DNA from: Phycisphaerales bacterium
GTDB taxonomy: Bacteria > Planctomycetota > Phycisphaerae > Phycisphaerales > SM1A02
Assembly (NCBI GenBank): GCA_044233905.1
Contig: JBIIJH010000001.1
Coordinates: 10,442 to 74,441, forward strand
DNA: 64,000 nucleotides
Direction: 5' to 3'
The notes beneath the pieces are model-generated. The model ran no database searches and was not told the DNA's origin. It was given only the letters and a program-made list of their open reading frames with translations. The position numbers and the translations under genes were made by a program. Within the stretch, counting starts at the first letter, position 1. Every line of letters begins with the position of its first letter. Shown piece after piece: positions 9,278 through 19,163 of the stretch.

Positions 9278-10258
9278 ATGAAGAATGCACAGAACCGAAA
9301 CGGCAGCAAGGGCTTCACGCTCGTCGAGCTGCTCGTCGTCATGGCGATCATCGCCCTGCTCCTCGGCCTGCTCCTGCCTGCCCTCGCCAAGGCCCGCGCC
9401 ACGGCCCGCCAGGTGAAGGACCAGACCCAGGTCAAGCAGATCCACCAGGGCTGGCTCACGGCCTCCAACGACTCCGGAGGCGTGCTCCCGCTCCCCGGCG
9501 AGATCAACCGCGCCGGCACCGTGCCGGGCCGCGGCGACATCGACGAGATCCAGAACAACCACGCGAACCTGCACGGCGCCATGATCGGCCGTGGCTACGT
9601 GAACGCGCAGATCCTGGTCTCGCCCGCCGAGGTGAACTCGAAGGTGGTCGCATGCGCGACCTACAACATGAACCGCATCAACCCGGCCACGGATTGCTAC
9701 TGGGATCCGATTGACCAGGCGGGCGCGGGCTCCGGCGGCACCCTGCCGAACCCGGCCACGGGCTTCCGCGCGGACCTGACCACCCAGTGCAACACGTCCT
9801 ACGCCGTCATGCCGCTCGACCCCGCGGCGCGCCGCAGGACCGAGTGGCGCAACACGGGCAATTCGCGCTTCGCGATCATGGGCAACCGTGGTCCGAAGGC
9901 GGGCAACCCCACCAGCGCCGATTACACCAACTCCAAGACCCTGCTCATCCACGGCGGCTCGAAGGAATGGGACGGCAACATCGGCTACAACGACAACCAC
10001 GTCGAGTACGGCCGCACGTTCTATCCCGAGAACGTGAAGCCGCTGAACCAGGCCTCATGCAGCGGTGGTGGCGCCGACCTGATCGTGAACTCTCTGTCGC
10101 AGGACAACATCTTCAAGAACGACACCGGCTGCCAGGCCAACGCGAAGAAGAACGTCGACAGCGTGCTCTGGATCCAGAGGCGGTCGACCAACACCACGGC
10201 CAATGGCATCGTCACCGCCGATGCCTTTGACGGTGGCGACTTCGCCTCCTGGGACTGA
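9278..10258 (+). CDS. DUF1559 (H-X9-DG type) protein with prepilin-type N-terminal domain (paralog of 8304..9239)
   Basis: MKNAQNRNGSKGFTLVELLVVMAIIALLLGLLLPALAKARATARQVKDQTQVKQIHQGW, with ..IGYNDNHVEYG.. near the C-terminus. ATG at 9278 with GAAGGA upstream. The ORF-track start at 9236 overlaps the previous gene. Confidence 0.8.
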   Translation: MKNAQNRNGSKGFTLVELLVVMAIIALLLGLLLPALAKARATARQVKDQTQVKQIHQGWLTASNDSGGVLPLPGEINRAGTVPGRGDIDEIQNNHANLHGAMIGRGYVNAQILVSPAEVNSKVVACATYNMNRINPATDCYWDPIDQAGAGSGGTLPNPATGFRADLTTQCNTSYAVMPLDPAARRRTEWRNTGNSRFAIMGNRGPKAGNPTSADYTNSKTLLIHGGSKEWDGNIGYNDNHVEYGRTFYPENVKPLNQASCSGGGADLIVNSLSQDNIFKNDTGCQANAKKNVDSVLWIQRRSTNTTANGIVTADAFDGGDFASWD

Positions 10259-10295
10259 GTCGGCCCTGCACACCCACCTGCTCACGGCAACCTTC

Positions 10296-10332
10296 CCGAG
10301 GCCGGCGCCAGTCGCCGGCCTCGGTGTTTTTG
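10296..10332 (+). terminator. rho-independent terminator after the DUF1559 pair
   Basis: CCGAGGCCGGCG-CCAGT-CGCCGGCCTCGG: a 12-bp perfect stem followed by TGTTTTTGG. Confidence 0.65.
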
Positions 10333-10351
10333 GCCCGGATATCCTGCAGCC

Positions 10352-12067
10352 ATGATCCGACGGGCAACCACGCGCATGCTTCGGGCGGTGATGGCGGTTG
10401 CGCTGGCGGTGATCGCCACGCCGGCGCACCCTGCACGGGCACAGGAGCCCGCCATCGCCCCGGTAGCCGTCCCGGCCTGGCGCCAGGCCTCGCGCGTGGC
10501 GGTCGTCACCGTGCACGGGGAGATCGATGCGGTCACGCGGGCAAGCACGGAACGGCGAATCGCGGCGGCGGCCGCGGCCGGTGCCGGCGCCGTGGTGCTG
10601 GAGCTCGACACCCCGGGCGGCGACATGTACGCGACGCTCGAACTCTGCCTCTACCTGAAGGACCGCGCCACGGTGCCGGTCTGGGCCTGGGTGCATCCGA
10701 AGGCGTACAGCGCGGGGGCGATCATCGCGCTCGCATGCCGCGGCATCCTGGTCTCGCCGGGCGGCGCATTCGGCGACGCAGCGCCGATCTCGGTGATCCC
10801 GGGCCTTGGCCTGCAGCCGATGCCGGTGGCCGAGCGCGCGAAGATGGAGGCCCCCGTGCTCTCCGAGGTGGTCGACAGCGCGCGCCGGCGAGGCTACGAC
10901 GAGAACCTGGTGCGCGCCTTCGTGAGCGCGCCTGACGAGATCTGGCTGCTCGAGCGCAACGACCAGGGGGCCCGCATGTTCGTGGGCCGGCAGGAGTACC
11001 GCGAGGCCTTCGGCACCGATCCGCCGACGACACGTGCAGCCGGCTCGGGGCGCGGCGAATTCTCGCCCGGAGCGCCGGCCGTGCCGTTCGTCGACCTCCG
11101 CCTCCGCCGCAGGGCGGACGAGGGACCGAGCAATCAGGCGGAGCGCGATGCGCAGGTCGAGTACGAGCAGACGCGCCCGCCGGTGCGCGAGCGGCTCACC
11201 GCCGAGGGGGCACAGGACTGGCACGTCATCGCCCAGGTCGACGGCGCGGAGGAGCTGCTCGTGACCTATGCGCCGGAAGCCATCGCATTCGGGCTCGCGG
11301 AGCGCACCGTGGCCGACGACCGTGAGCTTGCGGCACACTTCGGCGCGCTGACGGTGACGCGCAGCGACGAGAACTTCGGCGATGCGCTGGTGCGGTTCCT
11401 CACCAGCTGGCCGGTGCGGCTCGTGCTCGTGATCGTCCTCCTGGGCGGGTTCTTCGTGGAGATCGCCGTGCCGGGCGTCGGCTGGTTCGGTGCGGCTTCC
11501 ACGGCGGCGCTGGTGCTGCTTGTGGGCGCACCGGCGCTCGGCGGCGTGAGCACGTGGTGGCCACTGCTGGTGGTCGTGCTGGGGGCGCTGCTCGTGGTGA
11601 TCGAGGTGTTCCTCATCCCGGGCGTCGGCCTCGTGGGCTTCCTCGGCGGCGCGTGCATTGTGGTGGGACTGGTCGCCAGCTTCCTGGACGCACCGATCGC
11701 CACCGAAGAAGGCCGTGGCGACCTCGCCACCGCCATCGGCATCGTCGCGGGCGGCGGGATCCTGGCGGTCGGTGCCGCGTGGGCACTGCTGCGGACGCTG
11801 CCTCGTTCGCCCTTCATGCGCGCCGCGGTGCTCGAGGCCACGGCCGGTGGCGGAGCAATGCCGTCGACAGCGCCGGGCGGGATGGTGGCGGTGGGTCGCA
11901 GCGGAATCGCCCTGACGCCGCTGCGCCCGGTGGGCAAGGCCGAATTCGGCGGTGCAATCGTCGAGGTGCAGGCCGTCGGCCCCTTCGTCGACGAAGGCAC
12001 GCGGATCGTCGTGGTGCGCTCCACGGCGTACGCTGTGGAAGTGGAAGAGGACAGGCGAACAGCATGA
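10352..12067 (+). CDS. NfeD family membrane-bound ClpP-class serine protease (long form)
   Basis: Signal peptide, then a ClpP-like domain (VVTVHGEIDAVT..LELDTPGGDMYATLELC..AYSAGAIIALAC), a multi-TM middle segment and a C-terminal OB-like domain (GIALTPLRPVGKAEFGGAIVEVQAVGPFVDEGTRIVVV). Confidence 0.8.
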   Translation: MIRRATTRMLRAVMAVALAVIATPAHPARAQEPAIAPVAVPAWRQASRVAVVTVHGEIDAVTRASTERRIAAAAAAGAGAVVLELDTPGGDMYATLELCLYLKDRATVPVWAWVHPKAYSAGAIIALACRGILVSPGGAFGDAAPISVIPGLGLQPMPVAERAKMEAPVLSEVVDSARRRGYDENLVRAFVSAPDEIWLLERNDQGARMFVGRQEYREAFGTDPPTTRAAGSGRGEFSPGAPAVPFVDLRLRRRADEGPSNQAERDAQVEYEQTRPPVRERLTAEGAQDWHVIAQVDGAEELLVTYAPEAIAFGLAERTVADDRELAAHFGALTVTRSDENFGDALVRFLTSWPVRLVLVIVLLGGFFVEIAVPGVGWFGAASTAALVLLVGAPALGGVSTWWPLLVVVLGALLVVIEVFLIPGVGLVGFLGGACIVVGLVASFLDAPIATEEGRGDLATAIGIVAGGGILAVGAAWALLRTLPRSPFMRAAVLEATAGGGAMPSTAPGGMVAVGRSGIALTPLRPVGKAEFGGAIVEVQAVGPFVDEGTRIVVVRSTAYAVEVEEDRRTA

Positions 12068-12618
12068 TGACCGCGCTCACGATGCTCGCAGAAGCCGGCA
12101 CCGTCGCGGGCGGTGACCAGTCCGCATGGATCGCGGCCGGGTTCATCCTGCTCGCAGCGGGATTGGTGCTCGGCGTCCTGGAGATCTTCGTTCCGACGGG
12201 CGGCCTGCTCGCCGCGGCCACCGCCATCTGCTTCGTGGCCTCGATCGTGATGTTCTTCCTGCACGGCGCGCTCTGGGGATTTGCCGCGCTGCTCGCCTAC
12301 TCGGCAGGCGCGCCCTTCGCGGTGGTGTTCGCCTTCCGCATGTGGACGCGCACCCCGATTGCCCGCAAGATGGTGCTCGGGGGCACGCAGGCGGGCATGC
12401 CGGGCGAGGACGGCCCCGCACCTGCGCCGAACGCGCCGGGCGCGGTCGCCGTCGGCACCGAGGGAACGGCCGAGACCACGCTGCGCCCGGTGGGAATGGT
12501 GCGTTTCGGCGAGCTGCGCGTCGAGTCGGTGGCCGAGATGGGGATGATCGAGGCCGGCACCGCCGTGACGGTCGTGGAGTCCACGCCGCTCCGCGTGGTG
12601 GTGCGGGCCCGCGGATAG
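12064..12618 (+). CDS. NfeD-like short form (membrane + C-terminal OB domain)
   Basis: MMTALT.. has 3-4 hydrophobic helices followed by [39 protein letters not shown]. The start overlaps the upstream stop (ATGATGA). Confidence 0.7.
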   Translation: MMTALTMLAEAGTVAGGDQSAWIAAGFILLAAGLVLGVLEIFVPTGGLLAAATAICFVASIVMFFLHGALWGFAALLAYSAGAPFAVVFAFRMWTRTPIARKMVLGGTQAGMPGEDGPAPAPNAPGAVAVGTEGTAETTLRPVGMVRFGELRVESVAEMGMIEAGTAVTVVESTPLRVVVRARG

Positions 12619-12628
12619 CATCCCGCGC

Positions 12629-13693
12629 ATGCAACCGAACTTCGCAACCGGAATGGTCGGACCGTCGCTCGCGCAAGCTGCAGCATCCTGGTCGGACAGC
12701 CTTGGCGTCATCTTCTGGGTGGTGCTCTCCGTGGTCGGCCTGATCGGCTTCGTGATGCTGATCGTCATCAGCCAGTACATCCAGCTGGCCGTGCAGGCGT
12801 GGCTTTCCGGCGCCCCGGTGAGCCTGCTGAAGCTCGTGATGATGCGCCTTCGGAAGGTGTCGCCCGCGGACATCGTCTTCAACCGGATCTCGGCGAAGAA
12901 GGCCGGGCTGGAGGTCGATTCCGACCAGCTCGAGAGCCACTACCTGGCGGGCGGGAACATCGAGCGCGTGGTGCGCGCGATGATTGCCGCGGACAAGGCC
13001 AAGATCGAGCTCCCGTGGGACCGCGCCACCGCCATCGACCTGGCCGGCCGCGACATCCTGGACGCGGTGAAGACGAGCGTCGACCCCAAGGTCATCGATT
13101 GCCCGAACCCGGCGAGCGGCAAGACCACCGTGGACGCGGTGGCGCAGGACGGCATCCAGCTGCGCGCCCGTGCGCGCGTGACGGTACGCACGAACATCGC
13201 GCGGCTCGTCGGCGGCGCCACGGAGGAGACCATCATCGCGCGCGTCGGCGAAGGCATCATCGCCACCATCGGCAGCGCGGAGAACCACAAGGCGGTGCTC
13301 GAGCACCCCGACCGCATCTCCAAGACAGTGCTCGCCAAGGGGCTCGACAGCGGCACGGCGTTCGAGATCCTCTCGATCGACATCGCCGAGATCGACGTCG
13401 GCGAGAACATCGGCGCCAACCTGCAGACCGCGCAGGCCACCGCCGACACCAAGCGCTTCCAGGCACAGGCCGAGCAGCGCCGCGCGCTGGCCGTGGCGCA
13501 GGAAGCCGAGTACCAGGCCGAGGCCCAGAAGAACCGCGCGTTGGTGGTGCTGGCCGAGGCAGAGGTCCCGAAGGCGATTTCCGACGCGCTGCGCAGCGGC
13601 AACTTCGGGCTCATGGACTACTACCGCATGCAGAACCTGATGGCGGATACCGGCATGCGCACCGCCCTTTCCAAGCCGGAGCAGCAGCCCTGA
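12629..13693 (+). CDS. floA: flotillin-like protein FloA (SPFH/UPF0365 family)
   Basis: 354 aa with an N-terminal TM and the conserved FloA block: [65 protein letters not shown]. It sits next to NfeD genes, as with yqeZ-floA in Bacillus. Confidence 0.85.
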   Translation: MQPNFATGMVGPSLAQAAASWSDSLGVIFWVVLSVVGLIGFVMLIVISQYIQLAVQAWLSGAPVSLLKLVMMRLRKVSPADIVFNRISAKKAGLEVDSDQLESHYLAGGNIERVVRAMIAADKAKIELPWDRATAIDLAGRDILDAVKTSVDPKVIDCPNPASGKTTVDAVAQDGIQLRARARVTVRTNIARLVGGATEETIIARVGEGIIATIGSAENHKAVLEHPDRISKTVLAKGLDSGTAFEILSIDIAEIDVGENIGANLQTAQATADTKRFQAQAEQRRALAVAQEAEYQAEAQKNRALVVLAEAEVPKAISDALRSGNFGLMDYYRMQNLMADTGMRTALSKPEQQP

Positions 13694-13718
13694 CGCGCCG
13701 CGCCAGGGCTCCGCACGC

Positions 13719-14495
13719 ATGCCGACCCTCCATGTGGTGATGCCCATCTTCGACGAGGGCCCGACCCTCGTGGAGATCGTGCGCCGCGTGCTCGAGGCTC
13801 CGTTGCCTGCCGGATGGGCAGTGGACCTGACCATGGTGGACGATGGCAGCCGATCGACGGCGGCGGCGCTCGCGGCCGAGTGCGCCCGGTCGCACGGCAA
13901 CCGCGTCCGGCTGATCGTGCACCCCGCAAACCGCGGCAAGGGTGCAGCGCTGATGACGGGGTTCGACGCGGTCCTCGCGCGCGCATCGGACGCCGATGCC
14001 GTGCTCGTGCAGGACGCAGACCTCGAGTACGACCCCGCCGACTATCGCGCGCTGGTGGCGACGCTCGGCGATCCCGCCGTCGGCGCTGCCTTCGGCAATC
14101 GCTGGGCGGGCACCGAGCCGCGCGCCGGATACCGACGCCTGCACGCGATGGCGAACGGCCTGCTCACTGCCGCAAGCAACCGAGCCACGGGACTCGGGGT
14201 CCACGACATGGAGTGCTGCTACAAGCTGCTCCGGGTGCCCATCCTGCGCGCCGCCCGACCGTGGCTCTCCGAAGAGCGCTTCGGCATCGAGCCGCAGATC
14301 GCGGCAGCCCTCGCCCGCGCGCGCGTGCGGGTGGCCGAGGTGGCGGTGCAGTACGCGCCGCGCACCTTTGCCGAAGGCAAGAAGATCCGCTGGACGGACG
14401 GCGTGCGCGCGCTGTGGGTGATCGCCCGAGAGCGCGTCCGCCGGACGCCGCCGGCAGCGGCAGCGACCGCAGCGAACCCCGGGGGCACCCCGTGA
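13719..14495 (+). CDS. family 2 glycosyltransferase (polyprenol-phosphate sugar transferase-like)
   Basis: VVMPIFDEGPTL..MVDDGSRSTA..HPANRGKGAALMTGF..VLVQDADLEYDP are GT2 signature blocks. Confidence 0.8.
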   Translation: MPTLHVVMPIFDEGPTLVEIVRRVLEAPLPAGWAVDLTMVDDGSRSTAAALAAECARSHGNRVRLIVHPANRGKGAALMTGFDAVLARASDADAVLVQDADLEYDPADYRALVATLGDPAVGAAFGNRWAGTEPRAGYRRLHAMANGLLTAASNRATGLGVHDMECCYKLLRVPILRAARPWLSEERFGIEPQIAAALARARVRVAEVAVQYAPRTFAEGKKIRWTDGVRALWVIARERVRRTPPAAAATAANPGGTP

Positions 14496-15493
14496 ACGAG
14501 CCCACGGCCTTCCGCTCCGTCATGAAGGGCATGCTTGCACCCCGGCGCGCCGCCGTGCAGGTGATCGGCTTCATCGTCGGCCTGGCGCTGGTGGCGTGGG
14601 TGGTGAAGGGCGCCATCGAGACCGCGCAGGACCCCACCCGTGCGGGCATCCTGGAAAGCGTCCGCGCCGCGTGGGATGCGCGCCCGTGGCTGGTGGCCGG
14701 ACTGGCCATCACCACGGCGCTGAGCCTGGTCATCGACGGCGCGCTGTTCTGGCTGGTGCTTCTCCCCGTCCGACGGCTGGGCTTCATGGAGATCCAGTGG
14801 CTGACGTTCGTGACGGCCACCAGCAACTTCTTCCCGGTGCGCCTCGGCATTCCCGTGCGCTACGCCTACGCGTTGCTCGCCAACCGGCTCACCTTCGTGC
14901 AGGCCACGGCATGGTTCATCGCCGTGACGCTCGTGATCCTGGTCTCGCTCGGCGCCGTGGTGGCGGCCACCGCGCTCGTGCCGGTGCCCGGTCCGATGTG
15001 GGCGGGACTGGTGGTCCTCGCACTCGCGATCGGCGGATTCGTCCTCATGCGCGCCGCGCAGCTCCCGCCGGTGCAGCGCCGCATGGGCGAGTGGACGCGG
15101 ATGCTCACCACGCCGCGCACCTACTGGACGGGCACCGTGCTCCGCGTGCTCGAGGTGCTCCTCTGGATCGTGCGCATGTGGTGCGCGGCCGAGATCCTGG
15201 AACTCGGCCTCTCCTTTGCCACCGTCACCGTGCTCGGCGTGGCCGCCATTGCCGTCATGCTGAACCCGTTCGGCAGGATCGGCTTCCGCGAGGCCACCAC
15301 GGTGCTCGTGGCCAACTGGATGGCAGGTGGCGGGATCGACGTCGCGCACGCCGACGGCGGGTTCAAGCAGCTTGCGCTCCTGGAGAGCCTGGGCGAGATG
15401 TTCACCACCATCCCGATGGGACTCGCCGCGATTCCCTTCCTGGCAGCGTGGTACCGGCTGCGCCGGCGCGAGACGTCCGTCAGCCGGCCGTGA
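14492..15493 (+). CDS. polytopic membrane protein, flippase-like / lysyl-PG synthase TM-region family
   Basis: About 8 hydrophobic helices. The GTG start overlaps the GT2 stop (GTGA); the alternative ATG is at 14522. Family assignment is by pattern and by context after the GT2 gene. Confidence 0.55.
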   Translation: MNEPTAFRSVMKGMLAPRRAAVQVIGFIVGLALVAWVVKGAIETAQDPTRAGILESVRAAWDARPWLVAGLAITTALSLVIDGALFWLVLLPVRRLGFMEIQWLTFVTATSNFFPVRLGIPVRYAYALLANRLTFVQATAWFIAVTLVILVSLGAVVAATALVPVPGPMWAGLVVLALAIGGFVLMRAAQLPPVQRRMGEWTRMLTTPRTYWTGTVLRVLEVLLWIVRMWCAAEILELGLSFATVTVLGVAAIAVMLNPFGRIGFREATTVLVANWMAGGGIDVAHADGGFKQLALLESLGEMFTTIPMGLAAIPFLAAWYRLRRRETSVSRP

Positions 15494-16748
15494 CGAACGA
15501 GGGCGCCAGCACGCGCCGCAGGCCGTCGTCGATTCGGAGGAATCCCATGCGCATCGATTCTGCGCGGCTCCCGAGCCACGGCGCGCGGCCGCACGTGCGG
15601 TCGACGCGACCGATCGCGGCACGCACGTCCGCGAGCCCCGGCGCAGCGCGCCCCGACGCCGCCGCATGCGCGCGCGCGAGCCACGCCGCGCACGCCACGT
15701 TGAGCGCCATCGCCTGGATGCCGTCCACCACCGGCCAGCCGTAGTAGCCGCTGCCCCACGCGCGTCCGCCGAGCACGGTGGCGCGCATCCAGCGCACGAA
15801 CAGTTCCTCGATGGCGGCAAACTCGGCAGACTCGCCGAGCGCTGCGGTGCGCTCCACGGCCGCGAAGTCGGCCGACGGCCAGCGATCGCCCATGGCGGGC
15901 ATGACGCCGCGCCCCTTGGAGAACGAACGGCTGCGCATGTACTGGCCCAGCACGGCACGCACGCGCCCCACGCGCCGCAGCTCGCCGATCTTCGGGTCTT
16001 CCAGCCGGAAGAACGCCGCCTGGCGGAGCGTGGCGCGCTGCGCACCCGACGGGGGATCGATGGGATGCAGCGGCAGCTCCTGCGGCAACGCGTCCACCAA
16101 CGTGTCCATCAGCTCACGCAGGCGTGGGCCGCGGACCGCGGCGAAGCGCGCCCCCGAAAGCTGCTGCCCGAGCCACGCCAATCCATCCACCCGCATCGCA
16201 AGCGGCAGCGCGGCATTGCGCAGCCAGCGGTCGACGGCCTCCGCCACCATGGCCGCCTCGTCGGGCGTTGCCTCGGTGGATGCATCGAGCAGCGTGCGCA
16301 CCGGCCCGAGCTCGGGGACGTCGCGCGACATGCGGCGCACCTCGGCCCCATGCGAGGCGAGCGACGCACCCTGGTTCCCCAGCACGCTCGCGCACGCGAA
16401 GCTGATGCCGACGCGCGCCTCGCGCGCATCGGGCGCCAGCGTGAACGGGAACATCTGGCACGCGAGCGGCTTCGCCTCGAGCCCGTGCTCGGCATGGATC
16501 CGGCACTTGCCGTCCGCCAGCAGGAAGACGCATCCGCCGTCCGCACGCTGCTTCAGGTAGCGCTGGCCGCGGAACTCCACGGTCACCTCGCCGAGCTCGC
16601 GCTCCCAGCCCTGCGCGGCGATCTTCGCCAGGTCCGCCTCGCGGAGCTGCACCGTGAAGTCCCGGCAGCAGTCCCCGCAACCGTGGCAGGAATAGCGCTG
16701 CGCACCAAGCGGCAGCACCGTCAGCGGGATACTCGGGGACGCGGCCAC
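15480..16748 (-). CDS. YkgJ-type Cys-cluster (CxxCxxCC) domain protein with a long uncharacterised C-terminal region
   Basis: The N-terminus reads YSCHGCGDCCRDF..GGCVFLLADGKCRIHAEHG..KPLACQMFPF. The remaining roughly 300 aa match no family I recognise. The 3' end overlaps the convergent gene by 14 nt. Confidence 0.6.
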   Translation of the reverse strand: MAASPSIPLTVLPLGAQRYSCHGCGDCCRDFTVQLREADLAKIAAQGWERELGEVTVEFRGQRYLKQRADGGCVFLLADGKCRIHAEHGLEAKPLACQMFPFTLAPDAREARVGISFACASVLGNQGASLASHGAEVRRMSRDVPELGPVRTLLDASTEATPDEAAMVAEAVDRWLRNAALPLAMRVDGLAWLGQQLSGARFAAVRGPRLRELMDTLVDALPQELPLHPIDPPSGAQRATLRQAAFFRLEDPKIGELRRVGRVRAVLGQYMRSRSFSKGRGVMPAMGDRWPSADFAAVERTAALGESAEFAAIEELFVRWMRATVLGGRAWGSGYYGWPVVDGIQAMALNVACAAWLARAHAAASGRAAPGLADVRAAIGRVDRTCGRAPWLGSRAESMRMGFLRIDDGLRRVLAPSFVTAG

Positions 16749-16752
16749 GCGG

Positions 16753-17373
16753 TCACCACTCGATCCGCTTGTGCGTGATCAGGTACGCCAGCCGGCGCAC
16801 GGCGCGTCCCCGGTGGCTCACTTCGTTCTTCTCGTGGGGCGGCAGTTCCGCGCTGGAAACGCCGCGATCGGGCAGGAAGAGATGCGGGTCGTACCCGAAG
16901 CCATGCGCGCCCCGCGGCTCGTCGGCGATCACGCCCTCGAACTCGCCGCGCGTCTCCACCAGCACCGCGCCGTCCGGCGTGGCAACGCACATGGTGCAGA
17001 CGAACCGCGCCTGGCGACGGTGCGCCGGCACGCCGCGCATCGACTCCACCAGCTTGGCGTTGTTGCGCGCATCGCGCTCCGCGCGCGAGCCTTCCGTGCC
17101 GGCCCAGTACGCGCTGTGCACGCCCGGCGCGCCCTGCAGCGCGTCGACCTCGAGCCCGCTGTCGTCGGCCAGCACCGCCTCGCCCAGCGCCGCCGCGTAG
17201 TAGCGGGCCTTGATGCGCGCGTTCTCCTCGAAGGTGACGCCCGGCTCATCGGGCTCTGCAGGCACGGGCCGCCCGAGCTCGGGCAGGGCTACCACCGTGA
17301 AACCCATGGGTGCAAGCACTGCGCGGATCTCGTCCACCTTGTGCGGGTTGCCGGTTGCGATCACGATGCGCAT
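16753..17373 (-). CDS. rdgB: dITP/XTP pyrophosphatase RdgB/HAM1
   Basis: MRIVIATGNPHKVDEIRAVL..FGYDPHLFLP..EKNEVSHRGRA. ATG at 17373 verified. Confidence 0.9.
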   Translation of the reverse strand: MRIVIATGNPHKVDEIRAVLAPMGFTVVALPELGRPVPAEPDEPGVTFEENARIKARYYAAALGEAVLADDSGLEVDALQGAPGVHSAYWAGTEGSRAERDARNNAKLVESMRGVPAHRRQARFVCTMCVATPDGAVLVETRGEFEGVIADEPRGAHGFGYDPHLFLPDRGVSSAELPPHEKNEVSHRGRAVRRLAYLITHKRIEW

Positions 17374-17390
17374 GCGATGCCTCCTGCGGC

Positions 17391-19040
17391 TCAGGTCTGC
17401 AGTACGCCGGTGCGGAACGGCTGGTCTACGGGGGCCTGGTACGCCACGCGCACGGCCGCCAGGAGCTCCGCGCGCGTCCGCGATGGCTCGATGATCCGGT
17501 CCAGCCAGCCGCGGCTCGCGGCGTAGCGGATGTCCTGCTGCTCGGAATAGCTCTTGGTGATCGCATCGAGCAGCTGCGCCCGCACCGCGTCGTCCACCTT
17601 CTCGCCCTTGCGCTCCCGCGCGGCCAGGTCGATCTGGAGGAGCGTGCCGGCCGCCTGCGCGGCACCCATCACGCTGCACTTGGAATTCGGCCAGGCGAGC
17701 GTCAGCAGCGGGTCGAACGCGCGTCCGCACATCGCGTAGTTGCCGGCACCGTAGCTGCCGCCGACGATGAGGACGAGCTTGGGCACCACGCAGTTGGCCA
17801 TGGCGTTCACCATCTTGGCGCCCGCGCGGATGATCCCGCCCTGCTCGCTGTCGCGGCCCACCATGAAGCCGTTGGTGTCATGCACGAAGAGGATGGGCAC
17901 CTTGCGCTGGTTGCAGTCCATGATGAAGCGCGCGGCCTTGTCGGCGCTGTCGTCGTAGATCACGGCGGGCATGTTGGTGGCCACCGAGGGCCCGGCCTTG
18001 CCGCCGGCCATCTTCTTCTGTGTGAGCTTCTTCTGGTTGGCCACGATTCCCACGGGGAAGCCGCCGATGCGCGCATAGGCGCAGACGAGCGATCGCCCGT
18101 ACTCCGCGCGGTACTCGCCCATGCTGGCGGCATCCACCACGCAGGAGAGGAGCTCGGTCATGTCGTACTGCTGGCCGGGCTCGCCGCGGAAGATGCCGGC
18201 CACGTCCGATGCCGCGCGCGCAGGCTCGGCCGCCGCCACGGGCGGCTGCGGCGTCGCCATCGCCGCGCGGTTCGCCTGCAGCAGGCTGCGCATGCGCAGG
18301 ATGCACGACGGGTCGTCCTTCTCGCGGAAATCGATGGTGCCCGAGATCTGCGCGTGCATCTCGGCGCCGCCGAGGTCCTCGCTCGAGACCTCCTGGCCGA
18401 TCGCAGCCTTCACGAGCGCGGGGCCGGCCAGGTACAGGCCGCTGCCCTCGGTCATGAGCAGCGTGTCGCACAGCACCGGCAGGTATCCGCCGCCCGCCAC
18501 GCAGTTGCCCATGATCGCCGCGTACTGCGGGATGCCCATGGCGCTGAACACCGCGTTGTTGCGGAAGATGCGGCCGAAGTCGTCGGTGTCGGGGAACACG
18601 TCCTCCTGGAGCGGCAGGAACACGCCCGCGCTGTCCACGAGGTAGAGGAGCGGCAGGCGCGCGCGCTCGGCGATCACCTGCGCGCGGATGATCTTCTTGC
18701 AGGTCATCGGGAAGAACGCGCCCGCCTTCACGGTGGCGTCGTTGGCGATCACCATGCACTGCCTGCCCTGCACGATGCCGATGCCCGTGACCACGCCCGC
18801 AGCCGGTGCGCCGCCGTACTCGCGGTACATGTTCCACGCCGCGAAGAGGCCGAGCTCCATGAACTCCGTCCCCTTGTCCACGAGCAGCGCGATGCGCTCG
18901 CGCGCGGTCAGGCGGCCGTGCCGGTGCTGGCGCTCGACACCCGACGAACCACCTCCCTGCTCGATCCTGGCGGCATCGGCAATGAACTGGGCGATGGCTC
19001 CCTCGAATCCGGCGGGCGTGGCTGGAGTGGCTGCAGGCAT
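17391..19040 (-). CDS. acyl-CoA carboxylase carboxyltransferase (beta) subunit (methylcrotonyl/propionyl-CoA carboxylase beta or glutaconyl-CoA decarboxylase alpha type)
   Basis: 549 aa from MPAATPATPAGF.., including ..HGRLTARERIALLVD..VVTGIGIVQGRQCMVIANDATVKAGAFFP.. and the second CT repeat ..PILFVHDTNGFMVG... The ORF-track start at 19316 overlaps rpsO on the opposite strand. Confidence 0.85.
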   Translation of the reverse strand: MPAATPATPAGFEGAIAQFIADAARIEQGGGSSGVERQHRHGRLTARERIALLVDKGTEFMELGLFAAWNMYREYGGAPAAGVVTGIGIVQGRQCMVIANDATVKAGAFFPMTCKKIIRAQVIAERARLPLLYLVDSAGVFLPLQEDVFPDTDDFGRIFRNNAVFSAMGIPQYAAIMGNCVAGGGYLPVLCDTLLMTEGSGLYLAGPALVKAAIGQEVSSEDLGGAEMHAQISGTIDFREKDDPSCILRMRSLLQANRAAMATPQPPVAAAEPARAASDVAGIFRGEPGQQYDMTELLSCVVDAASMGEYRAEYGRSLVCAYARIGGFPVGIVANQKKLTQKKMAGGKAGPSVATNMPAVIYDDSADKAARFIMDCNQRKVPILFVHDTNGFMVGRDSEQGGIIRAGAKMVNAMANCVVPKLVLIVGGSYGAGNYAMCGRAFDPLLTLAWPNSKCSVMGAAQAAGTLLQIDLAARERKGEKVDDAVRAQLLDAITKSYSEQQDIRYAASRGWLDRIIEPSRTRAELLAAVRVAYQAPVDQPFRTGVLQT

Positions 19041-19099
19041 GATCCGGCGCAGGATACGGAGCACGGGCGCATGCCGATAACGCGGAGACACCTTCCCCC

Positions 19100-19127
19100 T
19101 TGAGTCCGGCGGGGTTTCCACTACACT
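19100..19127 (+). promoter_or_regulatory. candidate sigma-70-type promoter for rpsO-pnp
   Basis: TTGAGT-N16-TACACT, ending 37 nt upstream of the rpsO ATG. Confidence 0.35.
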
Positions 19128-19163
19128 GCGTGGCTCAAATTCAAGCAAGGAACCACAGAAGCA

